Assembly: GCA_965198285.1 (NCBI GenBank)
Contig: OZ240251.1
Coordinates: 3,712,434-3,776,433 of the forward strand
Direction: 5' to 3'
DNA length: 64,000 bases
From: Chloroflexota bacterium
GTDB lineage: Bacteria; Chloroflexota; UBA11872
The position numbers and the translations under genes are program-made. Below the pieces are notes generated by a model. It saw only the letters and a program-made list of their open reading frames with translations, was not told the origin of the DNA and ran no database searches. Below are positions 49,586 through 60,627 of this stretch, one piece after another; the stretch's first letter is position 1, and each line of letters opens with the position of its first letter.

Positions 49586-51154
49586 TCAGCCTGCGCTGTT
49601 CGTCCCGTTCTCCAGTAGCGCGTACTCGTAGCTGTCCTTCAGGGCCAGCCACGAGGCTTCGATGATGTTGGCCGAGCTGCCGACCGTGCCCCATTCGCGG
49701 GAGCCGTCGGTTGACTGGATCAGCACGCGCACGCTGGCGTCGGTCGCCGAGGCCGAGTCAAGGATGCGGACCTTGTAGTCGACCAGGTGCATCTCGCGCA
49801 GGGCCGGGAAGAATCGCTCCAGCGCCTTGCGGGCCGCGTGGTCCAGCGCACTGACGGGGCCGTTGCCTTCGGCGGCGGTGTGGAAGATCTCCTCGCCGAC
49901 GCGGATTTTGACCATGGCTTCCGACAGCATCTCGCGGCCGCCGCGGGTCTCGGCCAGCACCAGGAAGTCCACGAACTCGAACGGCGAGCGGTAATCGCCG
50001 CGCAGGCGGCGGAGCAGCAGTTCGAACGACGCTTCCGCGCCTTCGAACTGGTAGCCGCGCTCTTCGAGGTCCTTGACCGCGGCCAACGCCTCGCTGACGC
50101 CGGCGTCGTCGGTGCTCAAGCCAAGCCCGCGGGCACGTTCGGCGATGTTGCTGCGGCCGGCCAGTTCCGAAATCAGGATGCGCCGCTCGTTTCCCACGGT
50201 GGCCGGATCAACGTGCTGGTAGGCCTGCGCGTGCTTTCGCATCCCGCTGCCGTGGTACCCGGCCTTGTGCGCGAACGCGCTGTGGCCCACGTACGGCATG
50301 AAGGCGCTGGGCGGAGTGTTGGCCAGTTCGCCGACGTAGCGCGATAGCTCGGTGGTCTGGCGAAGCTGGTCCGGCGTCACGCACAGGTGGCCAAGCTTAA
50401 TTTGCAGGGTTGGGATCAGCGTCGTGAGGTTGGCGTTGCCGCAGCGTTCGCCGAACCCGTTGATCGTCCCTTGGATTTGTAGTGCACCGGCCGCCACGCC
50501 GGCCAGGGTGTTGGCCGCCGCCAAATCGGCGTCGTTGTGCATGTGGACGCCGATTGGGACCTCGGTCCACTCGCGCGCGGCTCGCGTGGCTTCGCCAACG
50601 TCAGCCGGCAGGGCCCCGCCGTTGGTGTCACAGAGAATGATCCAGTCCGCCCCGGCCTCGGCAGCGGCTTCGACGCAGGCGCGCGAGTAGGCGGGATCCT
50701 GGCGGAAGCCGTCGTAGAAGTGCTCGGCGTCCACCAACACTTCGCGCCCTGCCGCCTTCAGATGCGCCACGGTGTCGCGGATCATCGCCAGGTTTTCGTC
50801 GGTGGTTGTCTCCAGCACCGATTCGACCTGGAACCGCGAGAACTTGGCCACGATCGTGACGGCGGGGGTGTCACACGCCAGCAGCGCGGCCACCGTGGGA
50901 TCGTCGGCCACGTCGCGGTCCTTGTAGCGCGTGGCGCCAAACGCGCTGATGCGCGCCTGCCGCCAGGACATCTCGGCCGCGCGACGGAAGAACTCCCGGT
51001 CCTTGGGGTTCGAGCCGGGGAACCCACCCTCGATGTAGTGCACCCCATACGCGTCCAGCCGCTGGGCGATGCGCAGCTTGTCCTCGGTCGAGAACGAGAT
51101 GCCTTCCGTCTGCGCGCCGTCGCGCAGCGTCGTGTCGTACAACGAAACTTGCAT
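49586..51154 (-). CDS. cimA: Citramalate synthase
   Basis: YDTTLRDGAQTEG, GGFPGSNPKD, DAEHFYDG, LCDTNGG, HMHND, SAFAHKAG, FEGAEASFELL, DYKVRI. Confidence 0.92.
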   Translation of the reverse strand: MQVSLYDTTLRDGAQTEGISFSTEDKLRIAQRLDAYGVHYIEGGFPGSNPKDREFFRRAAEMSWRQARISAFGATRYKDRDVADDPTVAALLACDTPAVTIVAKFSRFQVESVLETTTDENLAMIRDTVAHLKAAGREVLVDAEHFYDGFRQDPAYSRACVEAAAEAGADWIILCDTNGGALPADVGEATRAAREWTEVPIGVHMHNDADLAAANTLAGVAAGALQIQGTINGFGERCGNANLTTLIPTLQIKLGHLCVTPDQLRQTTELSRYVGELANTPPSAFMPYVGHSAFAHKAGYHGSGMRKHAQAYQHVDPATVGNERRILISELAGRSNIAERARGLGLSTDDAGVSEALAAVKDLEERGYQFEGAEASFELLLRRLRGDYRSPFEFVDFLVLAETRGGREMLSEAMVKIRVGEEIFHTAAEGNGPVSALDHAARKALERFFPALREMHLVDYKVRILDSASATDASVRVLIQSTDGSREWGTVGSSANIIEASWLALKDSYEYALLENGTNSAG

Positions 51155-51239
51155 GGAGATCAGTCGGGTCTCGGCGGGTTCAGGTTCGGGTACGTGCAGG
51201 GCGGCACGCCGGCCACCCGCGAGACGTTGGATATGCCTG

Positions 51240-52331
51240 TCAGCCGGCGGCGGGGCCCTCGATGCGGGCAATGACCGCCGCGGTCATGGACGTGGTGTCC
51301 ACGAGGCGCGCGCCCTCCTCGCCGATATCCGGGGTTCGGAATCCGTCGTTCAGTGTTTGCTCGACGGCCGACTCGATTGCCGCGGCCGCCTGCGGCTGGT
51401 CGAACGAGTGGCGAAACAACATCGCCACGCTCAGGATTGTACCCAACGGGTTGGCAATGCCCCGCCCGGCGATGTCGGGCGCGCTGCCGTGTACTGGCTC
51501 GTAGAGCGCGTGACCTTCGTCGCCCAGGCTGGCCGAGGGCAGCATGCCCAGCGATCCGGTGAACACGCCCGCCTCGTCACTCAGCAAATCGCCAAACGTG
51601 TTCTCGGTGACGACCACGTCCCACGCGGTCGGCTGCCGTACCAGCGCCGCGGCAAAGGCGTCTGCCAGCATCGTGTCGTACTCGATATCCGGGTGCTGCG
51701 CCGCCACGTCATTGGCGATGTCACGCCAGAATCGTCCGGTCACCAGCACGTTGAACTTGTCCACGGACAGCACCTTGCGCCGTCGCCCGGCCGCCCATTC
51801 GAAGGCGCGCTCCACGATCCGTCGAATCTCGCTCTCTGTATAAGCCAGCGTGTCCACGGCGCCCCGTTCCCCGCCGATGAACCGCATCTCCTTCGGCTCG
51901 CCGAAGTACAGCCCACCCGTCAGTTCGCGAAGAATCACCAGGTCGGTCCCGCGCACGACTTCGGGTCGTAGTGGCGACTGGTCGACCAGGGCGTCGTAGA
52001 CCCGCACGGGTCGAACGTTCGCGTAGAGGCCCAGCCCTTTGCGCAGCCGCAGCACCCCTTCCTCCGGGGTGAACTCGGCGTGCGGGTCGTCCCACTTCGG
52101 ACCGCCCACGGCGCCCAGAAACACGGCGTCCGCATCCAGCGCGTCCTGCAGCACCTCGTCGGTACAGGGCTCGCCAAACCGGTCGATGCTGTTGCCGCCC
52201 AGCGGGCGCTCAACCTGTGTCAGCCCTATCCCGTAGCGTCCGGCGGTGTAGTCCAGCACTTCCGCGCCGGCCGCCGTCACCTCCGGGCCGATACCGTCGC
52301 CCGGGGTGACGACGATCCGCCAATCCTTCAC
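51240..52331 (-). CDS. leuB: 3-isopropylmalate dehydrogenase
   Basis: PGDGIGPEV, GAVGGPKWD, RELTGGLYFG, NTFGDLLSDE, LYEPVHGSAPDIAG; GTGA overlap. Confidence 0.96.
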   Translation of the reverse strand: MKDWRIVVTPGDGIGPEVTAAGAEVLDYTAGRYGIGLTQVERPLGGNSIDRFGEPCTDEVLQDALDADAVFLGAVGGPKWDDPHAEFTPEEGVLRLRKGLGLYANVRPVRVYDALVDQSPLRPEVVRGTDLVILRELTGGLYFGEPKEMRFIGGERGAVDTLAYTESEIRRIVERAFEWAAGRRRKVLSVDKFNVLVTGRFWRDIANDVAAQHPDIEYDTMLADAFAAALVRQPTAWDVVVTENTFGDLLSDEAGVFTGSLGMLPSASLGDEGHALYEPVHGSAPDIAGRGIANPLGTILSVAMLFRHSFDQPQAAAAIESAVEQTLNDGFRTPDIGEEGARLVDTTSMTAAVIARIEGPAAG

Positions 52332-52936
52332 CGAGCGGGCCAGCTGCGGATGTAGGGCAACCGTTCGTAGACGGCGCTTATTGCGTCGCCCGACTCGAGC
52401 AGCGATGACAAAGCGTCCCACCCCCCGCTGACGAACGCCTGCCGAACCGACGCCGGCAATTCGGCGCGATAGGTGGCTTGGCCGGCGGTGATCGCCCCGC
52501 TGGCAACGTCAATCGCCACCTGCGTTTCGGGCGCCTCTTCGATCAGGCTTTGCAGCGACTCAATCTGTGCCGCCGGCAGGGTTAGGCAGGGCACGCCGAT
52601 GGTCGTGCAGTTCCCGAAGAAGATCTCGGCAAAGCTCTCGCCCACGATGGCGCCTATGCCCCGTCGCTTCAGGGCCTGCGGCGCGTGTTCGCGGCTGGAG
52701 CCTGAGCCGAAGTTGCGGTTGACCACCAGGATGCTGGCGCCGGCAAAGCGGGCGTCGTCGAACGGATGCTTGCCGTTGAGTTGCCGGCGTTCGTCCTCGA
52801 AGGCGTGCGGCCCCAGCGTCTCGAACGTGATCTCGCGCAGATAGCGCGCCGGGATAATCCGGTCGGTGTCGATGTCGTTGCCGCGCACCGGAACTCCCCT
52901 TCCGGCGACGTGGTGGATGCGTGCGTCGTCAGACAT
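52328..52936 (-). CDS. leuD: 3-isopropylmalate dehydratase small subunit
   Basis: DIDTDRIIPARYL, NFGSGSSREHAP, SFAEIFFGN. Confidence 0.96.
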   Translation of the reverse strand: MSDDARIHHVAGRGVPVRGNDIDTDRIIPARYLREITFETLGPHAFEDERRQLNGKHPFDDARFAGASILVVNRNFGSGSSREHAPQALKRRGIGAIVGESFAEIFFGNCTTIGVPCLTLPAAQIESLQSLIEEAPETQVAIDVASGAITAGQATYRAELPASVRQAFVSGGWDALSSLLESGDAISAVYERLPYIRSWPAR

Positions 52937-52947
52937 CGGCTTCTCCC

Positions 52948-54354
52948 TCAGTTCGCCGTCAGCGCGCGCACGTCGGTCACCTCGCCGGCCACCGCCGCGG
53001 CGGCAACCATGGCTGGGCTCATCAGCAGCGTCCGGCCCAGCGGGCTGCCCTGGCGGCCCTTGAAATTGCGGTTGCTCGACGACGCGCAGACCTGATCGTC
53101 TACCAACTTGTCCGGGTTCATGGCCAGGCACATCGAGCACCCGGCGTCACGCCATTCGAATCCGGCCGCTCGGAAGATCTCATGCAGACCCTCCGCCTCG
53201 GCCTCGGCCCGGACCCGCTGCGAGCCCGGCACCACCAGCGCCTTGACGTGCGAAGGGACGCGCCCGCCCTCGGCCACGCGCGCCGCTTCGCGCAGGTCCG
53301 AGAGACGGCTGTTGGTGCAGGACCCCACGAACGCCACGTCGATCGGCGTTCCGGCAATTGGCGCGCCCGGCGACAGCTTCATGTGATCCAGGGCGTCCTG
53401 AATCGAGCGCCGGTCGAGACCTTCCACGTCGTCCGGCGACGGGATGAGCTCGTCCACGCCAACGACCTGACCTGGGTTGACGCCCCAGGTGACCATCGGC
53501 GCGATGGACTCGCCCTCAATGTGCGTCTCGTCGTCGTACGCGGCGTCCGCGTCCGAGGCCGCGTCGCTCCACCACCGCCGAGCGTGCTCGAACTCATCGC
53601 CCTTCGGGGCGTACTCCCGGCCTTCGACGTAGGCGTAGGTGGTCTCGTCCGGGTTGACGTAGCCCACGCGCGCTCCGCCTTCGATGGACATGTTGCAGAC
53701 CGTCATGCGCTCGTCCATCGACATGGCGTCGAAGACGTCACCGGCGTATTCGTAGGCGTAGCCCACGCCGCCCTGCACGCCCAGCCGCCCGATGATCGCC
53801 AGGATCACGTCCTTGGCGTACACGCCATCGGCCAGCGCCCCGCTCACGGTGATGCGCCGGCAGCGCGGCTTGGCCACCGACATGGTCTGCGTGGCCAGCA
53901 CGTCGCGGACGTGTGAGGTGCCCACCCCAAACGCAATCGCGCCAAACGCGCCGTGCGTGCTCGTGTGGCTGTCGCCGCAGGCAATCGTCATGCCGGGCTG
54001 GGTCAGCCCCAGTTCCGGCCCGATCACGTGCACGATGCCCTGGCGGCCCGTCGAGCGGTCGAAGAACGGGATTCCGGTGTGTTCGAGGTTGCGCTCGATC
54101 GCCACGAACATCTGCTCGGCCATCCCGTCCACATACGGTCGCCGGGATCCATCCGTGGGGATGATGTGGTCCACCGTGGCGAAGGTGCGGTCGGGGTAGC
54201 GCACGGACAATCCGCGCTCCGCCAGCATCTGAAACGCCTGGGGACTCGTGACCTCGTGCACCAGGTGCAGGCCGATGAACAGCTGGGTCTGCCCATTCGG
54301 CAGTTCGCGCACCGTGTGGGCGTCCCAGACTTTGTCGAGCAGCGTTCGGCCCAT
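52948..54354 (-). CDS. leuC: 3-isopropylmalate dehydratase large subunit
   Basis: [48 protein letters not shown]. Confidence 0.97.
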   Translation of the reverse strand: MGRTLLDKVWDAHTVRELPNGQTQLFIGLHLVHEVTSPQAFQMLAERGLSVRYPDRTFATVDHIIPTDGSRRPYVDGMAEQMFVAIERNLEHTGIPFFDRSTGRQGIVHVIGPELGLTQPGMTIACGDSHTSTHGAFGAIAFGVGTSHVRDVLATQTMSVAKPRCRRITVSGALADGVYAKDVILAIIGRLGVQGGVGYAYEYAGDVFDAMSMDERMTVCNMSIEGGARVGYVNPDETTYAYVEGREYAPKGDEFEHARRWWSDAASDADAAYDDETHIEGESIAPMVTWGVNPGQVVGVDELIPSPDDVEGLDRRSIQDALDHMKLSPGAPIAGTPIDVAFVGSCTNSRLSDLREAARVAEGGRVPSHVKALVVPGSQRVRAEAEAEGLHEIFRAAGFEWRDAGCSMCLAMNPDKLVDDQVCASSSNRNFKGRQGSPLGRTLLMSPAMVAAAAVAGEVTDVRALTAN

Positions 54355-54362
54355 GTCGCCTC

Positions 54363-55940
54363 CTAAATCCCGGGAACGCCCGACGCGTCGACCAGCAGCG
54401 TGGCTTCGGGTGTTGTTGACCAGCCTTTGCCCAGCCCGGCCAGCAGACGGTTCAGCGCGTTGACATACGCCTGGGCGCTGGCGACCAGGATGTCGGTATC
54501 CGCGCCATGCCCGCTGAAAGTCTTGGCGTTGCTCTCGATGCGGATCGTTACCTCGCCGATCGCGTCGATGCCCTCCGTCACGGAATTGATCGAGAACTCC
54601 GTGAGCTGGTTAGGCACCTTCACCAGGCGGTTGATGGCTCGGTAGATCGCGTCGACTGGACCCGTGCCAATGGCCGCGTCGAAGAGCTCTTCGCCGCTGT
54701 CCGAGCGCAGCCGCACGGTCGCGGTCGGTATGGACCCGGTGCCGGTGCTGACCTGCACGTGCAGCAGCTCGAAGGTCTGGTGAAACGAGCGACGCTGTTC
54801 GTTTTGGACGATCGCCTCGAGGTCGCGGTCGGTAATCGTCTTTTTGCGGTCGGCAATTTCCTTGAACGACTGAAAGGCATTCTGGAAATCCGCGTCGGGC
54901 AGTTCGTACCCCATGCGCTGTAGCCGGTCGCGAAACGCGTGCCGGCCTGACGTCTTACCCAGGACGATGCTGCTCTGGTCCAACCCGACATCCGACGGAT
55001 TCATGATTTCGTAAGTCGTGCGTTCCTTCAGCATCCCGTCCTGGTGCAGGCCGGATGCGTGGGCAAACGCGTTGGCGCCGATGACGGCCTTGTTGGGCGG
55101 CACGACCATGCCCATGTAGTTCGAAACCAGGCGGCTCGTACGCGCCAGTTCCGTCGTGACCAGCCGTGAATCGGCCTGGTAGTAGTCGCCGCGCGTGCGC
55201 AGCGCCATTACGATCTCTTCCAGCGAGGCGTTGCCCGCCCGTTCGCCCACACCGTTGATCGTGCATTCCACTTGCGCCGCCCCGTGCTTGACCGCCGCCA
55301 GCGAGTTGGCCACGGCCTGGCCCAGGTCGTCGTGGCAGTGCACGGACAACACGACATCCTCGATGCCGCGCGTCTGATCCATGACGTAGCGCACCATCTC
55401 GGCGAACTCGGCCGGCTGCGCGTAGCCCACCGTGTCGGGGAAGTTCACGACCGTCGCGCCGCACTCGATGGCGGCGCTGAAGACCTCGCTGACGAAGTCC
55501 AGGTCGGACCGCGTGGCATCCATGGCCGAAAACTCGATGTGGTCGGTGAGCGTGCGCGCGTGGCCCACGGAGTCGCGAGTCAGGTCGATCACGACCTCGC
55601 GGCGCTCCCGCAGTTGATGCTGCAGGTGGATGTCGCTGGTCGAGATCACAACGTGCAGCAGCGGCCGCGCGGCCGACTTCAGTGCGTCCCAGGTCGTATC
55701 GATCTGCTCGCGCTTGAAGCCGCTCAGCCCCGCGATCTCGACGTTGCGGAGTTCGCGGGCCAGCAGGTCCACGGCCTTGAAGTCGCCGGGCGACGTGAAC
55801 GGAAACCCGGCCTCGATCACGTCAACGTTCAAGCGGGCCAGTTGACGCCCGATTTCCAGCTTCTCGTCGATGGTCAGCGCGCCGCCGGCAGCTTGCTCGC
55901 CGTCGCGCAGGGTGGTGTCGAAGATGCGGACGTTCCGCAT
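54363..55940 (-). CDS. leuA: 2-isopropylmalate synthase
   Basis: [58 protein letters not shown]. Confidence 0.96.
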   Translation of the reverse strand: MRNVRIFDTTLRDGEQAAGGALTIDEKLEIGRQLARLNVDVIEAGFPFTSPGDFKAVDLLARELRNVEIAGLSGFKREQIDTTWDALKSAARPLLHVVISTSDIHLQHQLRERREVVIDLTRDSVGHARTLTDHIEFSAMDATRSDLDFVSEVFSAAIECGATVVNFPDTVGYAQPAEFAEMVRYVMDQTRGIEDVVLSVHCHDDLGQAVANSLAAVKHGAAQVECTINGVGERAGNASLEEIVMALRTRGDYYQADSRLVTTELARTSRLVSNYMGMVVPPNKAVIGANAFAHASGLHQDGMLKERTTYEIMNPSDVGLDQSSIVLGKTSGRHAFRDRLQRMGYELPDADFQNAFQSFKEIADRKKTITDRDLEAIVQNEQRRSFHQTFELLHVQVSTGTGSIPTATVRLRSDSGEELFDAAIGTGPVDAIYRAINRLVKVPNQLTEFSINSVTEGIDAIGEVTIRIESNAKTFSGHGADTDILVASAQAYVNALNRLLAGLGKGWSTTPEATLLVDASGVPGI

Positions 55941-56087
55941 GGTGACAGCTTCCTCAGCTAGGTCATGGGCGGCCGCGCGTGCAGCCGCGGGATATCCTGG
56001 GGTTCCCCTCCGCTAACGGGAGGGGCCGGGAAGCGCGAGGCTGGACGTCACCTGCATATTGCGCATTGTTCGTGCGTTACCTGCGGT

Positions 56088-57092
56088 TCATTCGCGCGTC
56101 TTGGGAAGCCAATCCATCATGCTGCGAAGCTCGCGACCCACCACCTCGACTGGATGTTCGAGGTCGCGGTTCCGAAGAGCATTATACGCGGGACGCCCCG
56201 CCTGATTCTCGAGAATCCAGCGGCGCGCGAATTCCCCGTTCTGCACGTCCTCTAGGATCCCCTCCATCGCGGCCCGTGAATTGGCGTTGACCACGCGCGG
56301 CCCGGATACCAGGTCGCCGTACTCGGCCGTGTCGCTAATCGAGTAGCGCATGTAGCTGATGCCGCCCTGATAGATCAGGTCGACGATCAGCTTGAGCTCA
56401 TGCAGGCACTCGAAGTACGCGAGGCGCGGGTCGTAACCGGCCTCGACCAGCGTCTCGAAGCCGTTCTTCACCAGCGCCGTCACGCCGCCGCACAACACCG
56501 CCTGCTCGCCGAACAGGTCGGTCTCGGTCTCGTCCTGGAATGTCGTTTCGATCAGGCCGGCCTTGGCGCAGCCGATCCCCTTGGCGTACGACAGCGCCAC
56601 GTCTCGTGCGCGGCCGGTCGCGTCCTGATGCACGGCCACCAGCCCCGGAACCCCCACGCCCTCCACGAAGAGGTCGCGCAGGACGTGCCCCGGGCCTTTG
56701 GGCGCAACCATGGCCACGTCCACCTCGGGCGGCGGATTGATCTGCCCGTAGTGAATGTTGAAGCCATGGGCAAAGAGCAGCATGTGGCCTGGGCGCAGCA
56801 CGGGCGCGATCTGCTCGTCGTAGACCTGCGGCTGATCCTGATCAGGTAGCGCCAGCATCACAGCCTCGGCCGCGTCCACGGCTTCGGAAACGTCGAGAAC
56901 CAGCAGGTCCTCGGCTTCGGCCCGCGCGCGTGAGGCGCTATTCGGGCGCAGGCCGACCACCACGTCGGCGTCGGAGTCGCGCAGGTTCAGCGCGTGCGCG
57001 TGCCCCTGGCTGCCATAGCCCAGGACGGCGACCCGCTTGCCCTGCAACTCGTCGGCCGTGATGTCGGCCTCGTAGAGAACCTTGCTATCCAC
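56088..57092 (-). CDS. ilvC: Ketol-acid reductoisomerase
   Basis: [56 protein letters not shown]; start at GTG 57092 or ATG 57104. Confidence 0.97.
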   Translation of the reverse strand: MDSKVLYEADITADELQGKRVAVLGYGSQGHAHALNLRDSDADVVVGLRPNSASRARAEAEDLLVLDVSEAVDAAEAVMLALPDQDQPQVYDEQIAPVLRPGHMLLFAHGFNIHYGQINPPPEVDVAMVAPKGPGHVLRDLFVEGVGVPGLVAVHQDATGRARDVALSYAKGIGCAKAGLIETTFQDETETDLFGEQAVLCGGVTALVKNGFETLVEAGYDPRLAYFECLHELKLIVDLIYQGGISYMRYSISDTAEYGDLVSGPRVVNANSRAAMEGILEDVQNGEFARRWILENQAGRPAYNALRNRDLEHPVEVVGRELRSMMDWLPKTRE

Positions 57093-57603
57093 GCGTACGT
57101 CCATTCCGTGGGGCGACGCTATCGCGCGCAATGGCGATCACGCCGGTTCGGGAAATCTCCTCGATCCGGTACTCGGTAATCACGTCCAGAAACCGGTCAA
57201 TCTTCGACTGGCCGCCGGTCATCTGCACGATCATTGACGTTTTGCTCACGTCCACGATCTCGCCGCGGAAGATATCCGTCACTTCGGCCAGACCCGGTCG
57301 TTCGCTGGCGTTGATCCGCACCTTGATCATGGCCAGCTCGCGCATGACGGCCGGCGCGCCGGTCAGATTCCGCACCGAGACAACCTCAACCAGCTTATAC
57401 AGCTGCTTCTCGCACTGCTTGACTTCATCCGCCGAACCTTCGACGGCAATCGTCATGCGCGAGTAGCCCGGCTCCTCGGAATGCCCGACCGCCAGGCTGG
57501 CAATGTTGAACCCGCGGCGGCGAAACAGGCTGGCCACTCGGGTCAGCACGCCGGGGTGATCGGCCACCGTGGCCACCAGCGTGTGCGTTTGGGGCTCGTT
57601 CAT
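57085..57603 (-). CDS. ilvN: Acetolactate synthase small subunit
   Basis: [40 protein letters not shown]. Confidence 0.95.
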   Translation of the reverse strand: MNEPQTHTLVATVADHPGVLTRVASLFRRRGFNIASLAVGHSEEPGYSRMTIAVEGSADEVKQCEKQLYKLVEVVSVRNLTGAPAVMRELAMIKVRINASERPGLAEVTDIFRGEIVDVSKTSMIVQMTGGQSKIDRFLDVITEYRIEEISRTGVIAIARDSVAPRNGRTRG

Positions 57604-59330
57604 CGCGGGTCCTCGATCACGCTGTTCACGCCCGTACCCGGCACAATCATCGGGTAGACGTTCTCCACCCGATCCACGTGCAGGTCCAGCACCACCGGGC
57701 CGTCGTACTCGTGCGCCATGGCGATAGCGTCGTGCATTTCGTCGCGCGAGCTGGCGCCCACGCCGCGCAGCCCGAACGCCTGGCCAACCTTGGCGAAGTC
57801 CGGGTTGTCCAGGAAGGATCCCATGTAGCGGCCCTCGTAGAAGAACTCCTGCCACTGGCGAATCATGCCCAGGTGCGCGTTGTTAAGCACCGCCACCTTC
57901 ACGTTGATACCTTCGGCCGCCAGCGTGTTGAACTCCTGGATGTTGATCAGCAGGCCGCCGTCGCCGGTGACGCACCAGACGTCCTGCGAATCGTCCGCCA
58001 GCTTCACACCCATGGCCGCCGGCAGCGCGTATCCCATCGGCCCCAGCCCGCCGGCGCTGAAGAACATGCGCGGACGCTCGTACCAGTAGTGCTGGGCCGC
58101 CCACATCTGGTTCTGGCCCACGTCGGCGATCACGCGCGCCTCGCCGCCCGAGATGTCATAGATCGCCCGCACGACTTCCTGCGGCAGCACGGAGTCGGGG
58201 CTGTCGGGAATCTTCAGCGACGGATGATCACGCCGCCAGCCGTTCATCTGGTCCAGCCACGGCGTGCGGTCGCGCGCTTCGATCAGCGGCAGCAGGCGCT
58301 GCAGCGTCAGCCGCAGGTCCCCTACGATCGGCACCTCAGTCTCCAGCACCTTGCCGATCTCGGCGGGGTCGATGTCGATGTGGACGACTTTCGCGCCCGG
58401 CCCGAACTCGTCGGCCTTGCCCACGGCGCGGTCGTCGAAGCGCGTGCCCAGGCCGATGATGCAGTCGGTCTGCCGCATGGCGAAGTTGGCGTAAGCCAAG
58501 CCGTGCATGCCGAGCATCCCGAACGACAGCGGGTGGGTCTCGGGAAACGTGCCCACGCCGTGCAGCGTGCTGACCACCGGAATATTTCCGCGCGTGGCCA
58601 GGTGCATCAGTTCGTCGGCGGCGCCCGAGATGTCGATGCCGTGTCCGGCCATGATGATCGGCCGTTCGGCGGCGTTGATCACCTCGGCCGCGCGCCGGAC
58701 CATCTTGGCGTTGCCAGCCTTGGACGGCCGGTAGCCGCGCAGGTTGACCTCCTCGGGCGCGGTCTCGGTGGTCGTCTCGAGGAATACGTCCTTGGGGATG
58801 TCCACGTGCACCGGACCCGGGCGCCCGGTGGACGCCAGGTGAAACGCTTCCTGCATCACCCGCGGCAGGTCGTCCACGTCCATCACCAGGTAGCTGTGCT
58901 TGGTGATAGGGATCGAGATGCCCGTGACATCCGCTTCCTGGAAGGCGTCCGACCCAATGGCCGGACGCGCCACCTGGCCGGTGATGTAGACCACGCCCAC
59001 CGAGTCCATCATGTCGTTGGCCATGCACGTCACCATGTTGGTGGCGCCCGGCCCGGATGTACTGGTAGCGACGCCCACCTTGCCGGAGGCTCGCGCGTAG
59101 CCGTTGGCGGCGAAGCCCGCCGCCTGCTCGTGCCGGATCAGCACGTGCCGGATGCGGTCCTGGTAGAGGTAGAGCGAGTCGTAGAAGGGCAGCGACGCGC
59201 CGCCCGGCATTCCGAAAATGACATCAACGCCCGCGGCGAGCATGGCGTCGCACACCACCTCGCCGCCGGCGCGCGGTCGGTTGGGCACGGGGATCGAGCC
59301 GTTGCTGGATTGGCCGTTGATTGCGGACAT
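57600..59330 (-). CDS. ilvB: Acetolactate synthase large subunit
   Basis: FGMPGG, RHEQAA, TSGPGATN, DAFQE, GRPGPV, LGMHG, RFDDR, DVGQNQMW, GDGG...NN. Confidence 0.97.
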   Translation of the reverse strand: MSAINGQSSNGSIPVPNRPRAGGEVVCDAMLAAGVDVIFGMPGGASLPFYDSLYLYQDRIRHVLIRHEQAAGFAANGYARASGKVGVATSTSGPGATNMVTCMANDMMDSVGVVYITGQVARPAIGSDAFQEADVTGISIPITKHSYLVMDVDDLPRVMQEAFHLASTGRPGPVHVDIPKDVFLETTTETAPEEVNLRGYRPSKAGNAKMVRRAAEVINAAERPIIMAGHGIDISGAADELMHLATRGNIPVVSTLHGVGTFPETHPLSFGMLGMHGLAYANFAMRQTDCIIGLGTRFDDRAVGKADEFGPGAKVVHIDIDPAEIGKVLETEVPIVGDLRLTLQRLLPLIEARDRTPWLDQMNGWRRDHPSLKIPDSPDSVLPQEVVRAIYDISGGEARVIADVGQNQMWAAQHYWYERPRMFFSAGGLGPMGYALPAAMGVKLADDSQDVWCVTGDGGLLINIQEFNTLAAEGINVKVAVLNNAHLGMIRQWQEFFYEGRYMGSFLDNPDFAKVGQAFGLRGVGASSRDEMHDAIAMAHEYDGPVVLDLHVDRVENVYPMIVPGTGVNSVIEDPR

Positions 59331-59519
59331 GTCGTGGGTCTCCTGAAGGGTCGTGGGAATAACGTGCGGTCGTGTCTGGTGGGGGAAACGCGGAGACGGC
59401 GGTTAGCCGGCGTCTCCGTCCGGTACCGCGACCGCATTGACCTGAGCGCGCGCAATCTCACGCCTGTGCGTGCTGCGTCTCATCGCTCCGTGTCCTTCTC
59501 GGCGGCCGGATCTCCGGCA

Positions 59520-59758
59520 ACAAAAAACCCGTCCCACTCAGGGACGGGCTTGCAACCCGCGGTACCACCCCGCTTGCCCAGTCGTTCGACCGGACCGCTT
59601 CATTACCCGACCACGGCGGGCACCGGACCGGCCTACCAGGCAAACCCTTCAACCGGTCGGCTCGGGGGCGACCTTCGGCTGCGAGAACCCGCCGGCTCAC
59701 ACCATCTCCGGCTCGCTCGGGGCTCTCGGGAGGCCTACTCCTCCCCGTCAACGCCTTT
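59520..59758 (-). promoter_or_regulatory. T-box riboswitch leader with intrinsic terminator; probable Val (GUC) specifier
   Basis: On the minus strand: stem I with AGUA, GAG/GGUG apical motifs and GAA-G-GUC-G; T-box AAGCGGGGTGGTACCGCG (59558-59575); terminator CCCGTCCC-TGAGT-GGGACGGG-TTTTTT (59522-59548). Confidence 0.92.
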
Positions 59759-59950
59759 GCGTCGTACGCATTGTCCCTCGGGATCGCGACAAGCGTGACC
59801 GGCCGAGCGCGCAATGCGCACGCCGCAACCGTAACAACGCCCTGCTCCCCCAGCAAGAGATTCTCAATGCCGAACGCTTGGTAGCCCCAACGCTCCTCAA
59901 TGCCTGGAGGCAAGTGGCGACTGACCACTGCCCTCTGCGCATAATGCGCC

Positions 59951-60610
59951 ATGCCCGCCAGCCGTGATCCATCGCCCGAAGCCAGCCGCTACGTCGTCTT
60001 CGACCTCGAAACGCTGAACCTGAGCCACGAAGTGCGCGGCGGCTGGCGCAACATCCAGGCCTTCGGTCTGGCCGTCGGCGTCACCATCGACGAACTAGGC
60101 GAGCAGCGCGTCTGGCGGGAACCTGACGCACAGGATCTGATCGACTACCTGGCCGCCTATCCGCGCGTGGTCGGCTTCAACTCACGCCGCTTCGACCTGA
60201 CCGTGCTCTCGGCGTACGGCGACGTAACCGTCCTGCGCGAGCGGTCATTCGACGTCCTCCTCGAACTGCAATCCGTCACCGGCCGCCGCAAGGGCATGCG
60301 TCTGCAGGACATCGCCGGCGCAATGTTCGGCGAGGCCAAGTCGTTGAGCGACGGAACCGAGGCCGTCCACCTGTGGCGCACCGGGAAACCCAACGACCGG
60401 CAGCGCGTCATCGACTACTGCGCGCGCGATGTTGAACTAACCAAGCGCATCCTGGAATTCGGAATCGACAACGGCTACGTCCTGGTTCCCGTACCCAACC
60501 TTCGCCGCGGACGTGCATCCGTCCCCGCGCAGGTTCCCGTGGATTGGGCCGCGGAAGCCGCCTTCACCGGCACCCCCCGCCCGCCTCCCGGCCAACGTAC
60601 AAACCTGTAG
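59951..60610 (+). CDS. RNase H-like exonuclease domain protein (YprB/RNase_H_2-like)
   Basis: VVFDLET, VVGFNSRRFD, DVLLEL, DYCARDV (DEDD-type residues). Confidence 0.82.
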   Translation: MPASRDPSPEASRYVVFDLETLNLSHEVRGGWRNIQAFGLAVGVTIDELGEQRVWREPDAQDLIDYLAAYPRVVGFNSRRFDLTVLSAYGDVTVLRERSFDVLLELQSVTGRRKGMRLQDIAGAMFGEAKSLSDGTEAVHLWRTGKPNDRQRVIDYCARDVELTKRILEFGIDNGYVLVPVPNLRRGRASVPAQVPVDWAAEAAFTGTPRPPPGQRTNL

Positions 60611-60627
60611 CGGCGGGCGGGACGCCC

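Noticed and set aside
57678-59798. 706-aa + strand ORF
   Set aside because: Antisense shadow of ilvB and the T-box leader
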